Positions 50,046 through 62,515 of a stretch of DNA of 64,000 nucleotides are shown here, in pieces. Positions within the stretch are counted from its first letter, which is position 1; every line of letters starts with the position of its first letter. The notes beneath the pieces are model-generated. The model had not been told where the DNA came from and ran no database searches. It worked only from the letters and a program-made list of their open reading frames with translations. A program made the translations under genes and the position numbers. This stretch comes from Octopus sinensis (Eukaryota): assembly GCF_006345805.1 (NCBI RefSeq), contig NC_043016.1:30070001-30134000 (forward strand), in the 5' to 3' direction.

Positions 50046-50093
50046 CTGTATTGCAAACAGTTCGTAGAATATAAGGTTGATTCTGTATCGTTA
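50046..50093 (-). CDS. Unknown gene exon (48 nt, phase 1 to 1)
   Basis: TATTTATTTCAG|TIQNQPYILRTVCNT..CAG|GTAAGT (consensus donor). Confidence 0.7.
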
Positions 50094-50215
50094 CTGAAAT
50101 AAATAGTTTAAAGAGAAATTAGTAGCAATAGTTAGATGAAGGTCCCAGTTGAATTAATATGTAAAAACTGACACATTTTGAGGTACTTAATAAAACAAGG
50201 ACTGTCGGTTATTAA

Positions 50216-50438
50216 CCCTTTAGCATTCAAATTACTCTGCTCTCAAATGTAAAACTTATTTATTTTCTTTGTTTTTATATAATCATTCATTATCTTGTAA
50301 CTTCAGGATTTCAATGATGTGATTGTTTATTTTTAGAATGATATTGTCGGGTAGGTATGAGGGGCTGGATCTAGCTGGCTTGAGCATAAAAAAGGTAGAA
50401 TATTTGGGCCTGATATGGGCAGTTTAAATACTAAAGGG
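50216..50438. mobile_element. Complete piggyBac-like MITE
   Basis: TTAA|CCCTTTAGCATTCAAA...TTTAAATACTAAAGGG|TTAA. Confidence 0.85.
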
Positions 50439-51259
50439 TTAAAATTGGAAAAGTTTTTAAGGTAAATTCTTACAGAAATACATGGAAACAAAATAAATAG
50501 AATCAAGCTTCTGATTTAGTTTCAACAATAAAATATTAAAATGTCACCAAGGAATACTCTTCATCAGCATTTCTCAACTGTGGTTCTCAGGGCTGCACAA
50601 GACCCTCAAACATCCTTCCAGTGGCCCCACTCCCAATTGTCTTTCCTTTATAAATATGATAAATTTTTCTTCAATTAACATGTGTTTTACTTTTTTTGGT
50701 GCCACCCACTAAAAAACGAAAATCCAGGTTTGGGATATGGCATGGATAAAATGGTTGATATTAAAAAGGTGGATATTAAAAGGTCACTGGATCTGCTAAA
50801 AAGACAGTAGTAGGTAACGAGTGTATATGCACATTTCAAAGGTTATAGAAAATTTTTCTCTACACCCATGATATGCATTATATAAATATGTATATATACC
50901 CATTACTTATTTTTCTCTAGAGATTAAGAGTCACTACATAAATTCACAAACAACAGATGCTCACATGAACATAAACACACAAACACAGATATACATACAT
51001 GCATAGTAGATCCTGAATCAATATAGAAAATGAAAGTAGCAGATGTTCACTTGAGAGAAAATTCTACCCATTGATGTGACTGGCTGAGTATTCCAAAGGC
51101 ACTTGTTTATTTAATGTAATTCTCAGGCAGGATCAGTGAATTAAAACCAATCCTCTAAATTACAGCTACTAATTGTTGGCAACTGTACAATATTTTGTTT
51201 TGCAACCATGATATACTGCCAAGTATATTACAAATTTACAAGTCAATACCGTGTCTCAC

Positions 51260-51319
51260 CAAGTGTTAGCAGTGTCATGTTCTCAGTTTTTCTACAGAAT
51301 ACAGAGCCAGTACTGCAAG
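51260..51319 (-). CDS. Unknown gene exon (60 nt, phase 1 to 1)
   Basis: ATATCACAG|CSTGSVFCRKTENMTLLTL|GTGAGA; other frames have stops. Confidence 0.65.
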
Positions 51320-51787
51320 CTGTGATATTTCATAAACAAACACATATTTTGTTTATGAAATATCTGAGCATCAGTTTTGAAACTGATCTATAATCCATTA
51401 CATTTCAGACAGATTCAGCACTGAATTGCTGAAGCAGAAATATTGTTATTGCAAAATATTCTGCTCAGTACCACTGATTTACTTGTCAGTTGCTTGACCG
51501 TAACCACTTGAGCATATCCCTCAATGGCTGATAATATGTGCATCTGATCATCAGCAGGAGGAGTTGGGGAGCATCATTGCCACGTGTTGAGAAGGATTCT
51601 TTAGGTTTGAATAAATGTAACAAAAGCAAAGTTTGAAGGAAATGTTAACCATTTTTCATACTTTCTAGGGGTAAGCAAATAGGAAAGAACAGTTGCTACA
51701 CAAGGACAAAAATCATGTTACACAGTGTAATTAATAATTTCAATGGATTTAGTGTAATAACTAACATTTTCATTATTAAACTTGTGC

Positions 51788-51980
51788 AAGGTGGCGAGAG
51801 AGCATAATTGTTTACTTTGCCAGACAAAATGCTTTGTGGAATTTCTTCCAGCATTCTATGTCCTGAGTTCAAATTCTACTGAAGTTAACTTTGCCTTTCG
51901 TCCTTTTGGGCTCAAGAAAATAAAGTACCTTTCAAGTACTAGAGGTCAATGTAATTGAGTTGATCCCCTCCCCACAAAAT
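51788..51980 (+). mobile_element. Diverged SINE family A
   Basis: Head, B box, core. Confidence 0.7.
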
Positions 51981-51981
51981 T

Positions 51982-53110
51982 GCCAGTGCTGCCTGTCTGG
52001 CTCCCATGCTGGAAGCACGTAAAAAGCACCATTTGAGCATGGTTGTTGCCAGTGCTGCCTGACTGACTCCTGTGCTGGAGGCACGTAAAAAGCACCATTT
52101 GAGCATGGTTGTTGCCAGTGCTGCCTGACTGGCCCCTATGCTGGAGGCACGTAAAAAGCACCATTTGAGCGTGGTTGTTGCCAGTGCTGCCTGACTGGCC
52201 CCTATGCTGGAGGCACGTAAAAAGCACCATCTGAGCGTGGTTGTTGCCAGTGCTGCCTGACTGGCCCCTATGCTGGAGGCACGTAAAAAGCACCATTTGA
52301 GCATGGTTGTTGCCAGTGCTGCCTGACTGGCCCCTATGCTGGAGGCACGTAAAAAGCACCATCTGAGCGTGGTTGTTGCCAGTGCTGCCTGACTGGCCCC
52401 TATGCTGGAGGCACGTAAAAAGCACCATCTGAGCGTGGTTGTTGCCAGTGCTGCCTGACTGGCCCCTATGCTGGAGGCACGTAAAAAGCACCATTTGAGC
52501 GTGGTTGTTGCCAGTGCTGCCTGACTGGCCCCTATGCTGGAGGCACGTAAAAAGCACCATTTGAGCGTGGTTGTTGCCAGTGCTGCCTGACTGGCCCCTA
52601 TGCTGGAGGCACGTAAAAAGCACCATCTGAGCGTGGTTGTTGCCAGTGCTGCCTGACTGGCCCCTATGCTGGAGGCACGTAAAAAGCACCATTTGAGCGT
52701 GGTTGTTGCCAGTGCTGCCTGACTGGCCCCTATGCTGGAGGCACGTAAAAAGCACCATTTGAGCGTGGTTGTTGCCAGTGCTGCCTGACTGGCCCCTATG
52801 CTGGAGGCACGTAAAAAGCACCATCTGAGCGTGGTTGTTGCCAGTGCTGCCTGACTGGCCCTTATGCTGGAAGCACGTAAAAAGCACCATTTGAGTGTGG
52901 TTGTTGCTAGTGCTGCCTGCCTGGCCATTGTGCCAGTGGCATGTAAAAAGCACCCACTACACTCTTGGAGTGGTTGGCATTAGGAAGAGCATCCAGCTGC
53001 AGAAACCTTGCCAGATCAGATTGCAGCTTTCTGGGTTGCCAGTCCTTGGTTAATCTGTCCAACCCATGCCAACATGGAAAGTGGACGTTAAACGACGATG
53101 ACGACAATGA
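51982..53110 (+). repeat. 66-bp tandem array (14 full units plus a partial) ending in an RTE 3' tail
   Basis: GCACGTAAAAAGCACC recurs every 66 bp from 52015 to 52939. Confidence 0.95.
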
Positions 53111-53331
53111 CACCGCCGCAAACGCCGACGATGATTGGTATGAATATTTGAAAATAGGATGTGTTGTAACATGGAGCCAGAGATGATTTCAGGTAATTTG
53201 TTATTGAATGGGTTAAATACTGTGTGGCACAATACCAATTTTTGCAGTTCTCCTCATTCTTATAATGATTGTTGTAGCTGCTATTGCTGCTGCTGCTGCT
53301 GCTGTTGTTGTTGTTGTTGGTGGTATGTTGG

Positions 53332-53377
<46 letters not shown>

Positions 53378-53899
53378 AGTGTTATTGTTGTTACTGCTGC
53401 TGCCGTTGCTGCTACTACTAGTCTCATTCTTGTTATTCTTGTTATTGTGTATCCAATATTTGGAATTATTGTGGCTCTAACTAATTATATAACACTATCA
53501 TAGCTAACTAAACTTGCAGAAAATTCTTACTTCAATGGGTTTTCTTTTTTGTCTTTTCTTTTTTGTTTTTTTATCTCCAAGAAGAAACATACTCTATATA
53601 TTTTCAGGAGACATGTTGTCAAGCAAATAGCTTCACAGCATGGAGGAATATGTTCTAAAAATAACGGATTTTCATGCAAGACTACAGTACAACTTGTGTT
53701 AGATTTTCTGTTATTTCTATAGACAAGGATCAAATGAATGCTGTGTTGATAATTGGCTTGCTGCCCTCATCTATTTAAGCTCAGAAGAAATTCTTGGGAA
53801 AAGATATATGCCATATGATGAACTCTCATTTAGTTCTAGGTTCCACTGGTTCGTCTGTACTCTAGAGATGACTGCGCTCTATTATTATATCAAACTTAC

Positions 53900-53969
53900 A
53901 TAACTTATTAACAGACAGAATGGAAATAGCTCTTGTCTTTGAGTGGCAAACATTTCTGAGAGTAATTAT
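53900..53969 (-). CDS. Unknown gene candidate exon (56 or 70 nt, ends phase 1)
   Basis: Donor GTAAGT; (IITLR)NVCHSKTRAISILSVNKL; acceptor ambiguous (53955 or 53969). Confidence 0.45.
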
Positions 53970-54049
53970 CTGATGTATTTGGCATTTATTTATTTCCAGA
54001 ATGAATGTCTTTTGTCAAAGAGAACTTAGAAAAACTATTGTATTTTGAA

Positions 54050-54096
54050 GAGTAGTAGTAGTAGTATTAGTGGTAGGAGTAGTAGTGGTAGTAGTG

Positions 54097-54140
<44 letters not shown>

Positions 54141-55007
54141 GGTGGTAGTGGTGGTGGTAGTAGTGGTAGTCGTGGTAGTAGTAGTATAGTAGTAGCAGCA
54201 GCAGCAGCAGCAGCAGCAGCAACTGCTGCTACTGTTGTTGTTGTTGATGTTTCTGATGCTACTGCTCCACTCGTTGTTTAACCTTGAGTAAGCCCTAAAC
54301 ATGCAGATGATCTATAATCAAAGACATTCCATCTGTGACTGCCTCATGCCAAACTGACAATAGAACATAATATACTCCTCAGATTCACTGGATCCTATCA
54401 AATTGTTCAAACCATGTAATCATAGAGCACAGACTTCAATGATGATGATGATGATGATGATGACGACAGCCAACACAGACGATGATGATGATGATGATTA
54501 TAGCCATGATGATGATGATGATGACAGCTCAGACAACAATACTCTTTTACTCTTTAACTCTTTTACTCGTTTCAGTCATTTGACTGTGGCCATGCTGAAG
54601 CACCGCCTTTAGTTAAGCACATCGACCCCAGGACTTATTCTTTGTAAGCCCAGTACTTATTCTATCGGTCTCTTTTGCTGAACTGCTAAGTTACGGGGAC
54701 ATAAACACACCAGCATCGGTTGTCAAGCAATGTTGGGGGGACAAACACAAACACATAAACACACACATGCATACATATATACGACAGGCTTCTTTCAGTT
54801 TCCGTCTACCAAGGCTTTGGTCAGCCCAAGGTTATAGTAGAAGACACTTGCCCAAGGTGCCACGCAGTGGGAATGAACCTGCAACCATGAGGCTGGTAAG
54901 CAAGGTACTTACCACACAGCCACTCCTGCGCTTAAACAATGCTGATGATGATTATGATTCTTACATTATTTAAGACTATATTCAGGAATACATTAGTAGT
55001 AGTAAGT

Positions 55008-55051
<44 letters not shown>

Positions 55052-55052
55052 C

Positions 55053-55097
<45 letters not shown>

Positions 55098-55787
55098 GGT
55101 GGCGGCGGCGGTTTATATTCTTTCATTATGTAAGACCTATTAAGCATAATTTTGAAGGAGGTTTGGCTGTTATTTCAAGTAAGGTCAATAGACTACATTG
55201 TAACTTCTTTGTTGACCATCCACTAAGAATTATTAGCAACAGCAGCTGATTTCTTTTCTCATAACAGCATGTCACAACATTTCATTTCAATAAATGCATC
55301 TAGGACAAATTCAACCAGGAGATCAACTTGACATAGTGAACAAATGAAGCCATTTGCTAATTCTACAGTAATTCCATTTCTAGAATCCTTGGCTAGGAAT
55401 ATTTATTGCACAACTTGACATTCACACTATGCTAATTAATGTCCAGTGACACTAAATCCCAGTTTATATCCTTTTCAGCCGCTGGAAACTATAGTAAATG
55501 TCCAGTGGCTGGGACATGAAACAGCTTGGTATATTCAATTACAACTGTTAATGATGTCGTCACTAGAGGATTAAATACTATTACCAGTAGTAGTGGTGGT
55601 AGTGGTGGTGGTGGCAGTGGTGGTTATAGTAGCAGCTGCAGTTGCAGCAGCAGCAGCAGTAGTAGTAGTGATGGTGCTGGTGGTGGATGTGAGGGTGGGG
55701 TGGTGTAAGTAGTAGTGGTGGTGGTGTAAGTAGTAGTAGTAGTAATAGCAGCAGCAGCAGCAGCAGTAGTATTAGTAGTAGTAGTAA

Positions 55788-55825
<38 letters not shown>

Positions 55826-55911
55826 AGTACTAGCAGCAGCGGTAGTAGTAGTAGTAAGCACTAGCAGCAGCAGCAGTAGCAGTAGCAGTAGTGGTGGTAG
55901 CAGTAGTAGTA

Positions 55912-55955
<44 letters not shown>

Positions 55956-56055
55956 GGTGGTGGTGGTGGTGGTGGTAGTAGTAGTGGTGGTAGTAGTAGT
56001 AGTAGTAGTTGTAGTAGTAGTAGTGGTGGTGGTGGTGGTGATGGTAGTGGTGGTC
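54050..56055. repeat. Clusters of (TAG/TGG/CAG)n trinucleotide repeats (54050-54245, 54995-55110, 55585-56055)
   Basis: Direct reading. Confidence 0.9.
54545..54930 (-). mobile_element. SINE family B
   Basis: Near-consensus. Confidence 0.88.
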
Positions 56056-56289
56056 TTTTACTCTACATTTTCATTGGAGTCAAAGATCTGATTCTTAATG
56101 TCTTCTGTTGCTGAACAAACACTATGAAATGTAAGATTTTATTGAGACTCTTGACTAGACTGTAAAGAGCCTATGTGGTTACTCAGGCTGTGAGAAATAG
56201 CAGCCAAATATCTCATAAAAACTCATTCTAGTGCTGTATTTAAAAAAAAAAGAAAATATGAATCACATTTTATATAATGTAAGTAAAGA

Positions 56290-56970
56290 TAACCTCTTCT
56301 TCCTTCCCTCCCTTCCTCTTCTCCTTCTTCCTCTCTTTATCTTCTTCCTCTTCTTTTTCTTCTTCCTCCTCCTCCTTGCCTTCTTCCTCCAACTTGCTAT
56401 CTTCTTCTCCTCTTCTCCTCGTTTTTCTCCTCCCTTTCTCTCCTCGTCTCTTTTCTCCCCCTCTTCACTTTCTTCTTCCCCTTCCTCCTCTTTTCCTCCT
56501 TCTCGTCTTCCTTCTCTTCTTTTTCCTCCTCCTCCTCCTCACCTTTTTTCTCCCCTCCCCACCTTCTTCTTCTTCTTCCTCCTCTTTTCCTCCTTCTCGT
56601 CTTCCTTCTCTTCTTTTTCCTCCTCCTCCTCACCTTTTTTCTCCCCCTCTTCACTTTCTTCTCCCCCTTCCTCCTCTTTTCCTCCTTCTCGTCTTCCTTC
56701 TCTTCTTTTTCCTCCTCCTCCTCCTCCTCACCTTTTTTCTCCCCTCCCCACCTTCTTCTTCTTCTTCCTCCTCTTTTCCTCCTTCTCGTCTTCCTTCTCT
56801 TCTTTTTCCTCCTCCTCCTCACCTTTTTTCTCCCCCTCTTCACTTTCTTCTCCCCCTTCCTCCTCTTTTCCTCCTTCTCGTCTTCCTTCTCTTCTTTTTC
56901 CTCCTCTTCCTCCTCACCTTTTTTCTCCCCTCCTCACCTTCTTCTTCCTCTTCCTCCTCCTCCTCCCCAT
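56290..56970. repeat. Polypyrimidine (CCT/CTT) tract with ~186-190-bp higher-order duplication
   Basis: TTTTCTCCCCCTCTTCACTTT recurs three times. Confidence 0.85.
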
Positions 56971-57424
56971 CGTCATGAGTTTGTTGTCTTTGTATGAACT
57001 GACAAGGCAAATGTTTGCACCGAACTCCAATGTTTGCTTTGACATAGTTTCCAGAACCGAATGCCTCTTCCTAACACCAAACGCTTTACAGAAAGATCCC
57101 TCATCTGAGTGGGGTCAACTATTGAGGGATAAATAAATATAATAAGAAGACGGGAACAGGTAGCCTGCTGAAGAAGTGAATACTATGTCTGAGGAAAACA
57201 GATGTGATGGTCATTGATGGTTGCTTTGAATCATAAGGACATGGGTTGGCCTGGGAATAAACATTATATTATGCTGTATCTATATATAAACATTTTTGTC
57301 AGCTATTTATATAATTTCTTCTTCATATATATATATATATTGCAATCATGGTATTGCAATTGAAGCCACAGTCATATAACCAGGTGTGTGACATCTTAAT
57401 CACTGAGGCACATGCTTCCACATT

Positions 57425-58110
57425 CATCACCATCATCATCATCATCATCTAATGTCCGTTTTCCGTGCTAGCACGGGTTGGACGGTTCGACCAGGGTCTG
57501 GGAAGCCAGGAGGCTGCACCAGGCTCCAGTCTGATCTGGCAGTGTTTCTACAGCTGGATGCCCTTCCTAATACCAACCACTCCGTGAGTGTAGTGGGTGC
57601 TTTTTAAGTGCCACCGGCACAGGTGCCAGGCGATGCTGGAAACAGCCACAATCAGTTTGTGCTTTTCACGTGCCACCGGCACAGAAGCCAGTCAAGTCGG
57701 GACTGGCATCGACCAAGCTCGGATGGTGCTCCGTACGTGCCATCGGCACAGGTATCACAACTACAATTTCCATTATCATCATTATCATTATCATCATTGT
57801 TTAATGTCTATCTTCTATGTTGGCATGGGTTGGGAGTTTTGACAGGAGCTGGCCTGGCAGAAGACAGCACCAAACTTCTGTCTGTGTTATGTTTTGGCAT
57901 AGTTTTTACAGCTGGCTGCTCTTTCTAACAACAACCACCAAGCAGAGTGGACTGGGCACATTTTATGTTGCACCAGCATAGGCGAGGTCAGTTTTAGCAT
58001 GGTTTTTTTATGGCTGGATGCCCTTCAAATGCCAACCACTGTTCTGTGTGGACTGGATGCTTTCTACGTGTTACCAGCACTGGCAGGATCATCAAGTAAC
58101 TTGCAAGACA
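57425..58110 (-). mobile_element. Two adjacent RTE 3' tail fragments
   Basis: (CAT)n plus tail consensus twice; second copy is old. Confidence 0.75.
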
Positions 58111-58539
58111 AAGATCCTTTAAGAAGGAGGGGACATGTCAGCTGGTTAATCTGCCTATGTGACCAAGCGCATTGATTTATGAGAGTTCAGGAATATTGTT
58201 TTCAGAAAGAGGGAACTGATATGTTGCAATGTTCATGTCTTTCCAAAGAATATTAGAAACTGAGTCAAAGATTTATAATCAGGAATCAAATATGGAAAAA
58301 AAATAGAGAAAAGCATTCTTATTGCAATTCCTTTTAGAAAAGGATTTTTTTGGTTTTGACAATTCCTTCTTAATTGGTTACTGATTGTGGTTACTGAGTT
58401 TGTTTCTTGAAGAATTTATCAAAACTATTACTAAACATCAGTGCATTGAAATCATATTATCTTTATATGTCTGAAATTTTTCGAATTAAAAATTTTTTTG
58501 TTATGTTAAATATTTGTGATGTTATGTTAAATAAATATA

Positions 58540-58664
58540 TATATACACACATACATACATACAAACATACATACATCCATCCATACATACATACATCCAT
58601 CCATACATACATCCATACATACAAACATACATACATACAAACATACATACATACATACATACAT

Positions 58665-58718
<54 letters not shown>

Positions 58719-58803
58719 GTAATGTATGTATGTATATATGTAATGTATGTATGTATGTATATATGCATGTATGTATATATATATATATGTATGTATATGT
58801 ATG

Positions 58804-58834
<31 letters not shown>

Positions 58835-59135
58835 ATATATATATATGTATGTATGTATATATATATATATATATATGCATGTATGTATATATATACACAC
58901 ACACACATGTATATATATATATGTATGTGTATGTATATATATATGTATGTGTATATATATGTATGTATTTGTACGTATATATATATATATGTGTATGTAT
59001 GTACGTACGTACACATGTATGTACATATGTATGTTATGTATGTATGTATGTATGTATGTATGTATGTATGTATGTATGCATGCATGTATGTATGTATGTA
59101 TGTATGCATATATTTATGTGTATATGTGTATTCTA
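58540..59135. repeat. (CATA)n/(CA)n/(TATG)n compound microsatellite
   Basis: Direct reading. Confidence 0.95.
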
Positions 59136-59764
59136 GATTACCAAATATAATTATATATCATCTTTCTGATTCTCTCATGAGATATTGAATCTATTAAAAT
59201 TTTTTTTTATTCTTACCTTATTAGAAACCAAACTTGCTGTCATAGCAACAATATCTTTTTTTCCCCTCTGTCAGACAGACACTTTTTTATCAGTCTGCAG
59301 TTTCATGAAGACTAAACCTTGCCATTCTAAAACATTATCAATGACAACAACAATTTTTTTTTTTTTGTTATATATGAGCACTTTTATCTGAATCTCCAAC
59401 AAAACTTCATTTTGTTATATATCTGGTGCTTTAAATAACATTGAAATATGTCACTAGTTTATTATCCTTTTAACCATTTTGATACCAACCCACCTGAGGC
59501 TACCCTTGCTTCTGTGAAACATTCTACCAAAATTTCATGTTAATTTATGTTCCAAACATTAGCTAAATAATGACAAAGTTGTTTTACTAAATTCTTTATC
59601 ATTTTCAAAATTACGTGAAATGAAGGCAATGTATTTCAACAGAAATTTGGTAAGATGAGCGTTAAAGTGATCCAAATTAAAATCTTCTATCAAAGTGCAT
59701 GTTGATGTATGTTCCAAACACCAGCTTAATAATCCTTTATACTGGAGGAACAAGGCCTCAAATT

Positions 59765-60747
59765 TGCAGGGAGGGGACTTGTTGATTACATTGAACCCAG
59801 TGTTCCACTGGTACTTAATTTATCGACCTTGAAAGGATCCAAGGCAAAGTCGACTTTGGCGGAATTTGAACTCAGAACGTAGCAATGGGCAAAATACCTA
59901 TTTCTCTACTATCCCACAAGGGGCTGAACACAGAGAGGACAAACAAGGACAGACAAATGGATTAAGTTGATTATATCAACCCTAGTGCGTAACCTGGTAC
60001 TTATTTAATCGACCCCGAAAGAATGAAAGGCAAAGTTGACCTCGGTGGAATTTTAACTCAGAACGTAGAAATGGGCAAAATACCTATTTCTCTACTATCC
60101 CACAAGGGGCTGAACACAGAGAGGACAAACAAGGACAGACAAACAGATTAAGTTGATTATATCAACCCCAGTGCGTAACCTGGTACTTATTTAATCGACC
60201 CCGAAAGAATGAAAGGCAAAGTCGACTTTGGCGGAATTTGAACTCAGAACGTAGCAATGGGCAAAATACCTATTTCTCTACTATCCCACAAGGGGCTGAA
60301 CACAGAGAGGACAAACAAGGACAGACAAACGGATTAAGTTGATTATATCAACCCCAGTGCGTAACCTGGTACTTATTTAATCGACCCCGAAAGAATGAAA
60401 GGCAAAGTTGACCTTGGTGGAATTTGAATTCAGAACGTAGCGGCAGACGAAATACCTATTTCTTTATTACCCACAAGGGGCTAAACACAGAGGGGACAAA
60501 CAAGGACAGACATAGGTATTAAGTCGATTACATCGACCCCAGTGCATAACTGGTACTTAATTTATCGACCCCGAAAGGATGAAAGGCAAAGTCGACCTCG
60601 GCGAAATTTGAACTCACAACGTAACAGCAGACGAAATACCGCTAAGTATTTCGCCCGGCGTGCTAATGTTTCTGCCAGCTCGCGGCAGACGAAATACCGT
60701 TAAGCATTTCATCCAGTGTGCTAACAATTCTGCCAGCTTGCCACCTT
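59765..60747 (-). mobile_element. Tandem array of SINE family A
   Basis: Junction AATACC at 59893, 60079, 60265, 60451, 60635 (186-bp period). Confidence 0.92.
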
Positions 60748-60914
60748 AATACCAGCTTAAAAATGATAAAGTTGTTTTAATAAATTCTTCATTGTTATCA
60801 AAGTTAAGTGAAATAACGGTAGTATATTTCAATAGAAATTTAGTAAGAAAAAGGCTTAAAGTGATCTCAATTAAAATCTTCTATTACAATTTTATGTTAA
60901 TTCGTTTTCAAAAC

Positions 60915-61390
60915 ACTACCTTACTCATTTTTACTTGTTTCAGTCATTTGACTGTGGCCATGCTGGAGCACTGCCTTTAGTCGAGCAAATCAACCCCAGG
61001 ACTTATTCTTTGTAAGCTTAGTACTTATTCTGTTGGTCTCTTTTGCTGAACTGCTAAGTTACAGGGGACGTAAACACCAGCATCGGTTGTCAAGCGACGT
61101 TGGGGGGGGAACAAACACACAAACACACACACACGCGACGTTGGGGGGGGGACAAAAACACACACACAAAACCACACACACGCGACGTTGGGGGGGGGGG
61201 GGCAAACACACACACACAAATACACATATATATACATATACATATATACGACGGGGTTCTTTCAGTTTCTGTCTACCAAATCCACTCACAAGGCTTTGGT
61301 CGGCCCGAGGCTGTAGTAGAAGACACTTGCCCAAGGTGGCACATAGTGGGACTGAACTCAGGAACGATGTGGTTGGTAAGCAAGCTACTT
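60915..61390 (-). mobile_element. SINE family B with internally triplicated segment
   Basis: GCGACGTTGGGGGGGG..CACAC three times at 61095-61215. Confidence 0.85.
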
Positions 61391-61669
61391 TTATTCAGAT
61401 AGTTTGCCACAAGGGCAATGCACAGAGTAGCTGCGGGCTGGACAGGGACATTAATGTGATAAGAATGATAACAACAAAAATGAATAAAAATGGGAGGGGC
61501 TTACCCCTTACCACACAGCCACTCCTTCACCTATACACAGCCACTCCCGCACCTATATCTTAATAAACAAAATTCTTTCACTAAATTCTTCATTTTTAAA
61601 CTTAAGTGGAACAAAGGTAGTGTATTTCAATGGAAACATGATAACAAAAATGGCTAAATATTTCCCTTC

Positions 61670-61900
61670 AGGCGGCAAGCTGGCAGAAACGTTAGCACGC
61701 CGGGCGAAATGCTTAGCAGTATTTCGTCTGCGTTATGTTGTGAGTTCAAATTCCGCCGAGGTCGACTTTGCCTTTCATCCTTTCGGGGTCGATTAAATAA
61801 GTACCAGTTACGCACTGGGGTCGATGTAATCGACTTAATACCTATGTCTGTCCTTGTTTGTCCCCTCTGTGTTTAGCACCTTGTGGGTAATAAAGAAATA
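61670..61900 (+). mobile_element. Full SINE family A (long tail)
   Basis: Nearly identical to 43433-43660. Confidence 0.9.
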
Positions 61901-62301
61901 GGTTAAATATTTCTCTTCAGTAATGGAGATATAAGAATTTTTCATTGCAGTCATCTTACTTTCAATTTGTGTATTTTTGTTCTTTTTTGATAGTTATTAT
62001 TTATATTTTTTTATTATTATTCTTTTATCTTATGTTTCATATCTGTTAGTCTTAGTTTTTTTTTTTTTATTTGTTCATGCAAAAATATACTTTTTTTATT
62101 GTTTTATTTGTTTCTGTTATTGGACTGTGACCATGCTGGAGCACTGCTTTGAATTGACTCCAGTATGTATGTTTTTTGTTTTTTAAGTCTTGTTCTTATT
62201 GTAGTGGTTTTTTTTTTTTGCTGAACTGCCTAATTATAGGGATGTAAACAAACTGACACTGATTGTCAAGCAGTGAAGAGACAAATATAAAAATGCACAC
62301 A

Positions 62302-62336
<35 letters not shown>

Positions 62337-62344
62337 ATCCATAC

Positions 62345-62515
62345 ATATATATATTTATACCTGTATGTATGTATGTACGTATATATGCATGTATGTATGT
62401 GCGTGTGTGTGTATATGTTTGTATGTATGTATGTGTGTGTATGTGTATGTATGTATGTATGTATGTATGTATGTATGTATGTATGTATGTATGTATGTAT
62501 GTATGTATGTATGTG
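62345..62515. repeat. (TATG)n microsatellite
   Basis: Direct reading. Confidence 0.95.

Noticed and set aside
51939-52953. 329/335-aa repeat ORFs, or a CRISPR-like array
   Set aside because: Stop-free 66-bp tandem unit derived from the RTE UTR; no unique spacers and no cas genes
53598-53712. Plus-strand exon candidate RHVVKQIASQHGG...
   Set aside because: No good donor before the stop; overlaps an intron of the better supported minus gene
55270-55400. Minus-strand open stretch KDSRNGITVELANGFICSLC...
   Set aside because: Ends in a stop with no convincing donor
56231-57136. Pro/Ser/Phe-rich and Arg/Glu/Lys-rich ORFs
   Set aside because: Products of the CCT/CTT tract
59765-60747. Regularly spaced repeats as CRISPR
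   Set aside because: Whole units are SINE copies; no variable spacers
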